Source: Halocafeteria seosinensis
Lineage: Eukaryota
Reading direction: 5' to 3'
NCBI GenBank assembly: GCA_001687465.1
Contig: LVLI01000652.1
Coordinates: 1 to 34,771 of the forward strand
DNA: 34,771 nucleotides
The notes below the pieces were generated by a model. It was not told where the DNA came from. It did no database searches and saw nothing but the letters and a program-made list of their open reading frames with translations. Below are positions 1 through 9,728 of the stretch, one piece after another (position 1 is the stretch's first letter; every line of letters begins with the position of its first letter). Made by a program: the position numbers and the translations under genes.

Positions 1-3
1 ATC

Positions 4-15
4 TATATATATATA
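4..15. repeat. (TA)6 microsatellite at window start
   Basis: tatatatatata at 4-15, followed by AC/AT-rich low-complexity sequence. Confidence 0.8.
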
Positions 16-402
16 CACATAGACACATAAACAACATTATTAATAGACTAAGCAAAATTGACCATCTGGGAAGGAGGACAGAAAAGAAGAAGCGTTAGTA
101 TCTTCTTTTCTGTATCTCCTTCTCACATCATCTTTTTTTAACGGCACTTGTCACCGACCGGTATGACCGTAGAAGCGTCGCAAGTATCGGTAATGATTGC
201 GTTCTCAGCGACAAAAAGCAATCACAAAGCGCTCTCCCAGGGATAAAGATGAAAATGAGATTTTGAGGTTGTACAAACAACAGATTGAGTGTTTTACAAT
301 CTTGTGCATTGAAATAGACGCTACCTTGTTTCTCAAGGCTACAATACGGTTTGAAAAGGCAGAGGGTATGTAGTACGGTACTGTCACACTATGTACTTCT
401 GA

Positions 403-2183
403 CTAATTCGGTGTCATACAGAATTCCAGTGAAGCATCTGGTTTGATTGGCTTAAATGTGGTCCCCGTTGGGCAATTGGATTTATCACATCCTGGGTTCC
501 TCTTTGGCATGTCATCGCACAATTCTCTGTAGTTAGCAAAAGAAATAACTTTAGAAGTTACCATGGATTTAGAGGAATTTGGCCTTCAACTACGTACATG
601 CTGGTAACGTTAATCGTTGCAAAGATTCCTTCCGGTAGTGATTTGAGATCGTTTTGGGATAGAATCCTGCGAGTCACATGATATACCAGTGGCAAATTCG
701 CTGGCACGTAAAGACCGATTCTGGTTAAAGCAATACCTACAATCCGTCAGGCACATACGGCATTTTAAAATGCGAGAAAATCTTGGAGCCCAGGGTAGTC
801 AGGCCGTTGTAGGACAAGTCACTGCAAGCAGGATCCATGGAGGTTAGATCACTTGTAAGAAGCTTTAGCTGCCAAACAGAGGTAACATACATTCGGTAAA
901 TGTTTGAAGTATCCTCGAATAGTGTGTCAGGAAGCTCTGTTAATGCGTTGTCGTTTAATTCTCTGCGAGCATTGCATATCCGGTTCCAAGGGCGCTGAAA
1001 TTATTTACGCGGAACGATCAAAGTGCACATACATTCGTTCCAATGAACTTAGACCGGAGAACACGTTTGATGGTAAGGTTGAGAAGTCGTTTGTACCGAG
1101 GTCCAAGACTTCCAGGCTGTTCAACTTGGAGAACGCTGTTGAGGGAACACTCCTCATCCCATTTTGAGCTAAGCCCCTGAGTGCTAGAGGAAAACATGAC
1201 AGTTCTTCCCTTTAAAGTCTTACTAGGTTGATGCAAAAGCACTCACAATACTTGGAGGTTTTTCAGATCTGAAAGCGTGCACTGAGGGAAATTAGTAAAC
1301 TGATTCTGGTCCAAGATTCTGCAGAGATAAGGATAATTTGATTAGTAGTTGTAGACACCCTTAGTATAAATGCTCAACATACAACTCTTGCAATTGAGGA
1401 AGGTTGGAGAATACATTGGTCGGCAAATCAGGGAATTGGTTAGCATCGAGCCGGAGTTTCTGTAGCGTGGGCATGTTGGAGAGCAATTTCTCGGGAAGCG
1501 TTCGCAGTTTATTGGCACTCAAATCCAAGTCCTCTAGAGAGGTGGTATCCTGGAACAAGTCCTCAGGAACTGACGTGAGACCAATATCGAAAAGCTTCCT
1601 GCAGATTGAGGTCGGACAGTCAGCGCTCGTGGTGGGGTTCCCAGCACAGCACATGTGTGGCGAGACCACTTACAGCACTTTCAAATTGGGCTTCTTCCGC
1701 AGTAGCTGCGATGGGAAGCTATTCAGCGGATTACCTCCCAGTTTCCTGCATCCAATATTTATTCAATCGGGAAGCAGGAGTTGCTCTAGGGACGGATCCG
1801 GAATTTGCCATTCGACTTACAAGGTGCTCAGTTTCGGCAAATCATCCAGTGCATCCGGGGCGATATTGTAAATCTCCTTCGACGACAAATCACTGGAGAA
1901 GCGTGTGTAACAAAGGGTAAGTAAGCCCCGTAGAATTGTGAATTCCACCCTCGGGAACTTACATGGTATGACTGCTGCTTTCCGAGCATTTATACAGGGT
2001 CTTTGGCCGATACATGCTGCTGGTGTTGCACACACAGGGCGTCTGGTTGAACTCATCGCACGGCACACGATCCTCACTGCTGCTCCCGCGCAGGAGCTCC
2101 TGGGAGGCAATAGTTCCCTGACACGCCAGAGTCAGGGCGAGACAGAGGGATCCGATTCCCCCCAGCGTCCTCACTGTTGGCAT
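403..2183 (-). CDS. Secreted leucine-rich repeat protein, ~380 aa, 10 exons (2183-1963, 1892-1821, 1745-1674, 1598-1383, 1318-1247, 1176-1033, 962-891, 821-741, 666-598, 526-403)
   Basis: Manual splicing at GT-AG introns of 64-75 nt (donors GTAAGT/GTATGT/GTGAGT/GTAGGT/GTACGT) gives one 1143-nt open frame. It encodes a signal peptide (MPTVRTLGGIGSLCLALTLACQG), a Cys cap (PCDEFNQTPCVC...KC), 11 LRRs of ~24 aa (e.g. LEDLDLSANKLRTLPEKLLSNMPT, LEVLDLGTNDFSTLPSNVFSGLSS), a Cys-rich C-cap, and TAG at 405-403. The exon 8 donor is ambiguous (740 vs 758). Confidence 0.9.
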
Positions 2184-2849
2184 TCTCTTTTCCCACTCAC
2201 AGACGAACAAGAGAATGTATAGACACTCCCCTGTGAAACTGGTAATGCAACAACAGTGACAACCCAATCGAATAGCGCTCCACTAGACCACTGGCTGCCG
2301 CGGTCCCAGTTAGGATCCGGGATTCCATCCCAGGATGACCGCGAAGGCATTCCCGCCAAACTTTCCGCAAGAATTCATGAAGGTGTCAGAGGAGAGAAAT
2401 GTGTCCATGCATGATGTATGCAGGGTAGAAAATGTGTATTGTTCTGTGGTAGGTAGGTGTGCATGGACCCTTCGCATCGACCTGTCTATCTCCCGGAAGA
2501 CAGGTCGATCCAGCACGCTTCTAGACATGCTTGAGGAGATTCATCATTCAGCACAGCAAGGACTCTATTTCTATGCTATGCTGAGTCCATCACCAATACG
2601 GAAAAGGCGAGGCCAGATTCCCTCCACTCTCCCTCCCCGGACGTGTCAATAAATAAAGGGGAAGGGGGAGGTTGGCGACAGCAGCACCTTCCCGTTTATT
2701 CTTGCCATTATTCAGGAGTTCGCCTGACAACTAGATGTAGCCTCTTTTACCAGCAGAACTCCTGCTTGCGTAACCAGTTTTGACGAAACACACCAAATGG
2801 TGGAGCACCATCCACACTGACACTGTGCTGTATACGCATATTCCTTCAG

Positions 2850-5800
2850 TCACCGCCGCTTTCTCTCAGGATGTCGATTATGTTTCTTCGTTCTGACAGC
2901 CTTGATTGTGGCGGTGGCATGTAGTGGATTTTCGATATCAGCTGAAGAAGGAAGGGCGGGCGCAAACTCCTTTCTACGGCTCTGGTGCCGCACAAGCATT
3001 GTCCTTTTGCTTTCAGAGTGTTTCCCCGCTTCTTGGGACAACTCACTCCGCACACCGCCTTTCATTTGTGCAAATTTGAGGCGGTTCATGTAACTCTGGC
3101 GTCGTCCAGCTGGACGATGAATTTCAGTTTTCCCTTCAGATTCGTCCTCTCCGTCCACCTGTACCTCTACCATCGGAGGGAGCTCTCCCATTATTTTCGC
3201 CTTCCATTGGCGAAGCTTGAGAATGGATCTGTCTACCGTCCCCATGCTGGATGTATCAACTTTACTCGCCAATGCGAGTCGAATCGTAGGACTCTGGCCA
3301 GCCTTCCGAGAGGCTCTGGACAGAGTCGGTGCACCCACAGATACGACGCGAACTTTGTTTGCAGGAGGCGAATTGTTGGTTCCAAGCTGTACGAATTCTA
3401 ATTGCGGTTTCTCTGCTCCGTAGCTGGACACATGGGCGGCTTGCATCGGATTGGCACCAACACCGACTTGAAGAGACGAGAGGCGGCGTGCCCCATCTAC
3501 ATTGACGGTATTGATTTTTCGTTGCTGTAACGTAAACGCAGAACCAATTTGATCTCTATCACCGCTGTTGTTTTGGATGGACGCTTTACCTGTTTGACAG
3601 GCCAACGGGTTAACATGCGCGGTTGCAAAGTGGCCATCGGGGCCCTCTATTCCCTTAACTTGGTATGATTCGGGAGTATTGACCCCTCGAACTTCGATGC
3701 CAAGCTGATCGACGGTCTGACCACCATGTTCAAACGCTTCACTGACGTGTTCTGCCTTCCCGCCTTGGGCAACGACTACCCTTCCTTTGGTTGTTGAACT
3801 AGCACCCCCTTTTGCTTTGGGGGTAGTCTCATCTCCGAAGCCCATAGCTTGGGCGTACGCCAAAAAGGGATCCTCGTTGGCTTGCTGAATTTGTCTGTTC
3901 TTTCGCCGCTTCACCCCAATGTAGAACATAAGTGCTAGGGCCAACACACCAATAATGGTAGGGATACCGTACGCTCCAAATAGTTGCTGCAACTGCGACG
4001 ATTCGCCGCTACTTGTTTCACTCTTTCGATCCTCGCCATTGGAGCCATCGCGGGCAGCCGCAGCCGGTGCAAGTGACCACGCGATGGGTACAATTGCTGA
4101 TGGGATGTACAACTGCAATACCAAATTATACATGCTATACGTAGAGTTCTTGTCTTCAAAAACAAGCACAGCTTCAAAGCTTTCGTCTTCACTAAGCTGT
4201 CTGGAATTCTCAGAGCACCTTGATCTCAACACATGAATGTCTGAAAGGTTGTGAGACTGCAGATTATCAGGAACTTCTGGAGTAACTACTCGTTTCCGTT
4301 GTGAGCCAAACAGTAGCGCTTCGATCCTATAAATATCGCTGTTTCGAGCGATACTCAATATTTGAAGCTGAAGCGTATGTCCACTGAAAGTCGCTTTTAA
4401 GAATACGGGGCTTACAAAGTCGCCTGGAATTTCTTTGACAATGTCGCCATCCTTAATGGGGTTAACCCTGGGGGCATAGTCAACTGATTGAACGTGACGC
4501 CGGGATTCAAAGAAAACCAATTCCGCATTAGAGGTGTGGAAAATCACGGCCACATCGGCTGTAACTGCAAGAGATTTCACCTGACGATTAGTTTCAGTTG
4601 AATAGCTCGTGAGATTCGACATCTGCGTGAGCCCCAAGTCAACCAGATAGGAATCAAAGAAAAGCTTCCCCTCTACACGCCTGATAAGTCCCACGTGCTC
4701 TCCCCGCACCCCGCCTAAAAGGACTTCAGAGTTGTTGTAGGAGTGCAAAATGGTACAATTGGGGTTAGGAAATTCCATGCGGATCACGAAAATACTCTCC
4801 GCAGTAACTACCAAAAGTTGAGAGTCGGTGGAGAGCGCAGCAAACTTCAAGGAAGCATCTCCAGACCAACATTTGCTCACGTCTTTGCAGCTATCATTAT
4901 TGCCTGGGACTACTCGCATGTTCCCGTCTCCAGCCAATGAGACTGTCTCCATATTGCATCCATTGAAATACTGGATCAAACTCACGCTGTCATCGTCACA
5001 AGCTAGCGGGTCCTGCGGACCAGAACTCGTGACATTGACGGCAGAATTGACGTCCTCAGGCTGAGGTACCCAAAGAGTCATTGAAGGGGAGGGTGTCATA
5101 CTCGGGCTACCAGTGTGTGACGGGGTGTTCGAAGGTGTTGATGTCTGCGAGCTGGTGAAGGAAGGAGTACCAGTGTTGCTAGCAGTGACTGAGGGAGTTC
5201 CCGTTACTGACGACGTAAGAGAGGGAGTCACAGTGTTTGACGCAGTGGTCGTTGGAGTGTTCGAGGGAGAGGAAGTGCTTGACACTGAACTTGTCGGAGA
5301 CAACGTCGCACTAACAGAGGCCGTTGCAGTTACTGTTTGAGTGCTCGTAGAGGTCGGCGTAGCAGTTGTCGTGGGCGTTGGCGTTGGCAGTTGGCAACTG
5401 TCGAGAGCCGAAATCCCCCAGCAAGTCCGCACTAAGTCCAGAGAGCTCCCAGTGCTTGATAAAATACCATGAGCTACTAAATGACATCCCATGTCATCTC
5501 GTATGTCCTCTTCATCCGGAACTACAGAAACAAAGCTGTCTCCATGTGGTACGTATTCACCAGTGCGACTATACGGGAAGCGCAAAGAGTAGTCGACATT
5601 GCCAGCTATGCTCTTCGAATTGCCATTCAGTTTTAGATAAGATAAATATAGTCGACTATAGGATACGTGTCCGAGCTGGGTATGAACCGACATTAACGGG
5701 TTTGGCGGTACTAACGACTCATCAGAAGCACCATTTACGGCTGAAATCACCACGTGCTGCTGCGCACTGCTGCTTGCCCAAAAGTCTGTGATCCGCTTCT

Positions 5801-8015
5801 CGTCACCTCCGTCCATAGCTACGTACTTAGTAACCAGAGTATCCTCATCGCTATAGTGAACTACGTAGCCATCCACATAGCTCAAGCTGTACCGCTCAGC
5901 GAGCGACGGGTCACTAGCTGCTTCGGTAACTTTTAACCATGTCCTGTTCGCCACCATGATGCCAACAAAACCATCTGTCACGCACAGGAAGCTAGGATTG
6001 CCCTCGTCATCTAGGACAATCTCATTTCCAATATCCTGGCAATCTTCGAAGAGTATATGCATTTCTGGATCAACGGTTAAACCTTCCTGCACACCCAATA
6101 TTGCAGCAAAGTTTACCACTTCCAGCGCGACCTTACTGGTTGCTTCGCTCCGGATCAGGTAAACGAGTTCCTGCTTAGTTGACGTTTGGGCAACTATTTT
6201 GCCAGAAGTATTCAATTTTCTCCAAGACTCTGCAACAACACAGCTGCTGCTGCTAAGAGCGTCTTCGATGGGAGTCGACAACAACAGAGCGTTTTCTATT
6301 CGGTGTCCGGAGGAGGAGCTGAAAATGTTCCAAGCGGTCACCAGCAACCGCCGATTGCCATCAAAGTCGGTAACAACGTGAAAACTGCTCAGTTCACCGT
6401 TGTTTTGGCATGTACATTCCTCGCCATCCCATAAAACTCTTTTCGACGTACCAGACGCGAATGTGAGCTCCCGCGAGCGTCTTTCACAAGGACAATATCG
6501 AAGCGTTAAGGGCAATTCGGATTCTTCCAAGAAATGTTCCCCGAAGAACGGGCATTCCGCTTGTCCACAAACTGACAAGGGTACCGGGTCCTCTTTGGGT
6601 CGAAAGAAGCAAACATCAACAAACTCGACGGAAAGATGATACCCTGGAGAGATCACTCCATGGGCAACCTCTACACATGAGCTATCATCACCTTCAACGG
6701 CTTTTACGTTTCCTATCGGGAGAACAAATGTGTCGCCAGCAGGCAAGATTGACCAATCCTCCTCGAGAGGTATATCTGTTTCCCAGTCTTCTGAGGCATG
6801 TGAGCATGGACCACCTGTAAACCCATACTCTGAGGTAATCGAGTGGTAGGCAAAATTCATAGATGGGATATAGGAGTGGAGAAAACTGAACACTGTCACT
6901 TCTTCCACCGCGTTTGGGTCATCAATGTGCGGTACAGCGATCTGCCTCGAACTCAGAGACTGAATCGTGTAGTCGATCTCGTGCAGAATGCGCCACTGGG
7001 AGAAAGTTTCATCAGCATTATCTATAAACTTGTATAGAATCTCCCCCGTCCCATTGTACACCAATACCATATACTGATTACTCGTCGAAATACTCGGGCA
7101 TGATGAAGCCTCAGAGCAATTCGGCATTTCCGGTCCTATCAGCGGGACGGGAGGGTACGTCCCACTATGGTACGATGACGTTTTTGCGTACACTATACTC
7201 GCTTGCTGCGATATAAACTCTAACTCGGCCGAAACAGATAGAAGACGTGGTCGCAGAACTAAGTGCACTTCTTCAAGGCTAAGCATGGGCATACGAGTCG
7301 TCTCCTCATTCGCCACCTCGTAAAGAGAAAAAGTTGAAGACTTGGAATCCACTTTAGTAGAACACAAAACTAATATCTTTGGTGTCCGTTCGTCCGATTC
7401 ATCGCTGTTTACGACTATTTCGGGTTCCACATGTGCGCACGGTAAGCTCGTCTCGTTTATATCGCCAACCTGGCACAGATTCGCTTCCGAGGAAAGTCGT
7501 CCCACAAACAGTTGAGCATCTTCGCTTCCTTCAATATCTTCTTCGGCCCAGATGACCAAGTCCTCAAAGAATGTATGAGCCGCAACAACATATCTATCAG
7601 GTTTTTCTGAGTGCGTGTTCAATTCCATTAAACATTCCAACTCTGGACACCCATGATGACCGCGTTGAAGCGGTTTCGACACCAACAGCCCCGTTGATAC
7701 ATTCAATCCACCATTCCGAGTGACATTCCCGACGGACACGGTGATCCGGTCTTGGTAGACTTCCATGGTCCGCGACGCGTGGCCGATGTGGGTATCTGTA
7801 ACTCCCGATTCCTCGGACAGGAACCTCGTGCCGTTGAGCATTCGCTCCAAAAAGGAGGGACAGCTCAACGTTTTATTCACGCTAACATCTGTAAATCCTC
7901 CATCTTTGGGACATAATTCGGATAATTCCCCCTGGGCTGCCATGAGGCAACTGATCCATACCACGATAAGCGCACATGCTCTCCTCCTCGCGGACGATGG
8001 CACCCACGGGTGCAT
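2850..8015 (-). CDS. Large type I single-pass membrane protein (1721 aa), Cys-containing ectodomain, Ser/Thr/Pro stalk, ~350-aa cytoplasmic tail; family not recognised
   Basis: Uninterrupted ORF with ATG at 8015. Signal peptide (ACALIVVWISCLMAAQG), many NxS/T sequons, and TM segment AYGIPTIIGVLALALMFYIGV followed by KRRKNR (~3975-3895). Confidence 0.88.
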   Translation of the reverse strand: MHPWVPSSARRRACALIVVWISCLMAAQGELSELCPKDGGFTDVSVNKTLSCPSFLERMLNGTRFLSEESGVTDTHIGHASRTMEVYQDRITVSVGNVTRNGGLNVSTGLLVSKPLQRGHHGCPELECLMELNTHSEKPDRYVVAAHTFFEDLVIWAEEDIEGSEDAQLFVGRLSSEANLCQVGDINETSLPCAHVEPEIVVNSDESDERTPKILVLCSTKVDSKSSTFSLYEVANEETTRMPMLSLEEVHLVLRPRLLSVSAELEFISQQASIVYAKTSSYHSGTYPPVPLIGPEMPNCSEASSCPSISTSNQYMVLVYNGTGEILYKFIDNADETFSQWRILHEIDYTIQSLSSRQIAVPHIDDPNAVEEVTVFSFLHSYIPSMNFAYHSITSEYGFTGGPCSHASEDWETDIPLEEDWSILPAGDTFVLPIGNVKAVEGDDSSCVEVAHGVISPGYHLSVEFVDVCFFRPKEDPVPLSVCGQAECPFFGEHFLEESELPLTLRYCPCERRSRELTFASGTSKRVLWDGEECTCQNNGELSSFHVVTDFDGNRRLLVTAWNIFSSSSGHRIENALLLSTPIEDALSSSSCVVAESWRKLNTSGKIVAQTSTKQELVYLIRSEATSKVALEVVNFAAILGVQEGLTVDPEMHILFEDCQDIGNEIVLDDEGNPSFLCVTDGFVGIMVANRTWLKVTEAASDPSLAERYSLSYVDGYVVHYSDEDTLVTKYVAMDGGDEKRITDFWASSSAQQHVVISAVNGASDESLVPPNPLMSVHTQLGHVSYSRLYLSYLKLNGNSKSIAGNVDYSLRFPYSRTGEYVPHGDSFVSVVPDEEDIRDDMGCHLVAHGILSSTGSSLDLVRTCWGISALDSCQLPTPTPTTTATPTSTSTQTVTATASVSATLSPTSSVSSTSSPSNTPTTTASNTVTPSLTSSVTGTPSVTASNTGTPSFTSSQTSTPSNTPSHTGSPSMTPSPSMTLWVPQPEDVNSAVNVTSSGPQDPLACDDDSVSLIQYFNGCNMETVSLAGDGNMRVVPGNNDSCKDVSKCWSGDASLKFAALSTDSQLLVVTAESIFVIRMEFPNPNCTILHSYNNSEVLLGGVRGEHVGLIRRVEGKLFFDSYLVDLGLTQMSNLTSYSTETNRQVKSLAVTADVAVIFHTSNAELVFFESRRHVQSVDYAPRVNPIKDGDIVKEIPGDFVSPVFLKATFSGHTLQLQILSIARNSDIYRIEALLFGSQRKRVVTPEVPDNLQSHNLSDIHVLRSRCSENSRQLSEDESFEAVLVFEDKNSTYSMYNLVLQLYIPSAIVPIAWSLAPAAAARDGSNGEDRKSETSSGESSQLQQLFGAYGIPTIIGVLALALMFYIGVKRRKNRQIQQANEDPFLAYAQAMGFGDETTPKAKGGASSTTKGRVVVAQGGKAEHVSEAFEHGGQTVDQLGIEVRGVNTPESYQVKGIEGPDGHFATAHVNPLACQTGKASIQNNSGDRDQIGSAFTLQQRKINTVNVDGARRLSSLQVGVGANPMQAAHVSSYGAEKPQLEFVQLGTNNSPPANKVRVVSVGAPTLSRASRKAGQSPTIRLALASKVDTSSMGTVDRSILKLRQWKAKIMGELPPMVEVQVDGEDESEGKTEIHRPAGRRQSYMNRLKFAQMKGGVRSELSQEAGKHSESKRTMLVRHQSRRKEFAPALPSSADIENPLHATATIKAVRTKKHNRHPERKRR
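5075..5390 (-). repeat. Coding mucin-like Ser/Thr/Pro repeat with ~10-aa period
   Basis: TPTTTASNTV/TPSLTSSVTG/TPSVTASNTG/TPSFTSSQTS/TPSNTPSHTG/SPSMTPSPSM within the 1721-aa ORF. Confidence 0.8.
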
Positions 8016-9728
8016 TATGCGGGCTGACTTAGGGACGCTTTACACTCAATAAGAGCTTGTAGGAACGCATGTGCAAGCGAAAAGAGAGCTCTTGAAGAGG
8101 TAATTCAGGAGCGATTCCCCTTCTATGCTCCTTATTCCAGTCGTTTCAATCCAATCCAATTGGCGGACCAGCGAGATTGTTGTCCTGGCTATCTTATGCA
8201 CCCAAACACGGGGATGTTAGAGGGGAAATATGCTCTGTATACGCCATTCTAGACCCTCCGACAACGGCGGCTAAACTGCAACTCGGAAAACTACAAAAAT
8301 GGTTTTGAAGGGGCCTCATAGGGGGAGTCAAAGACAATAAAAGTCCTGCCCGAATCCACGGAACAATACACAGCAGTAGGTTCCCAAGCTCTCCGTTGCG
8401 TCTACACTAAATGTCAGTGAGTCTGTTCAGACACTCAGACGCCACAAACTCTTCAGGAGCTAACCATTTGGGGGAAAGAAGAATCGATGGCCTTGCGGGA
8501 TCTGGTGCGGGAAACCCACGTGCCCGTCGCCAGAGAATGAGCATCATAAGATTCTATATTTGAAACCAACGCAGGAACTTGTGAGAATCGTACGTAGTAC
8601 ACATTTGGTGACCTAGCATGGTCGGTTCTGAGCTATTTGTGCTTTGAGAGCCATGGCAATAAGAGCACGGAGTTTCTGGTAGTTGCAGTTCGAAATTGGA
8701 AGCAAAGAATTGTGGGATGATGACTGGAGATGATACACATTTCCGTTTCTACTCTTCCTACTACTTGCGAAATAGTAGCATTAGGTCGTCCAAACAAGAG
8801 AAATAGCGCTTTACCACTGACCACCGATGAGCCAGTCTGAGCAACTCGCAGTGTGCAGGTTTCGCTTTCTTCAGCTCCCCGGCCGGTGGCGGCCGGCGGT
8901 GGCCAGTGTTTGTCACATGCCGTACACTGTATGTGTGTGTGTTTTCTGGTTGTACCGATTGTACAATCCTTTGTTGTGTAATTGGAAATACCAGTAACCT
9001 GCAGACTAGTAGAACAGCACCAATCCATTGGTCGCTCGTTCCAATTTTCACAACGTCTTTGACACAAATTTCTGGTGACTTCCACACAGGAACACGACGT
9101 TGAACACAACACGTTCAGGGAATCCCGGATCCAACAATCATTTCACATACTTCCAAGGCAAAGCAAAGTTTGCACGAAGTCTGGTCCAGGCTGGGGACCA
9201 GAAGACAGAGGAAAAAATGGCTCGAATGGACCCATTTCATAACTTTTTCTCCAAAAATTTGTACCGGAATAGATTCGCTTTCGTCTCTAGTATCGGAATA
9301 TCCCGAGTTGGGTAGGATTCTCTGGTCTGAAAAGGAGCATAACTTTCGAGGCTTTGAAAGTGTTCTGCCCCTCGTGGAGAAGTTTAGATACACGAGCCGC
9401 GTTTGTCGTCCTATTACCACCTTTTCCTGCCTAGACTCTTTGTATTTCTCCTTATCTCTCTACGAGTTGACGAGATTCTGTGCAGTGGGGTCTTTGGAAC
9501 GAGAGAAAGACAGAGAAAATCATTGTAAGTTTCGTGGGAAAGTGCTTTCCAGACAAAAAAGTTCAACCTGGATATGTTTTCATAGAAATGAAGCTCTCTT
9601 ACCAGTGTAATGGGTCACTTGGGGGATTCAACTGTGATGTTTATGACCTACATGACTGCAGGGAAAGCGACGGAAATAGATAGGTCATTAAGGTTGGCGT
9701 ATGACCACAGCACGCGCTACACGTGAAG

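Noticed and set aside
1177..1185. Alternative acceptor TAG 7 nt upstream of the chosen CAG in LRR intron 5
   Set aside because: It would shift the frame and destroy the LRR register; the CAG gives an exact 144-nt exon.
904..2222. Plus-strand ORFs of 87-155 aa over the LRR gene
   Set aside because: Antisense shadows crossing exons and introns of the well-supported minus-strand LRR gene; no recognisable motifs.
8633..9610. Overlapping ORFs of 100-159 aa on both strands between the divergent large genes
   Set aside because: Mostly non-ATG starts, no motifs, and no consistent spliced model; treated as intergenic or UTR, though a small gene cannot be excluded.
9723..9728. GTG start of the 4253-aa ORF, and TTG starts at 24323 and 29331 for the GT8 genes
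   Set aside because: The locus is eukaryotic; downstream in-frame ATGs (9729, 24368/24380, 29724) give sensible N-termini.
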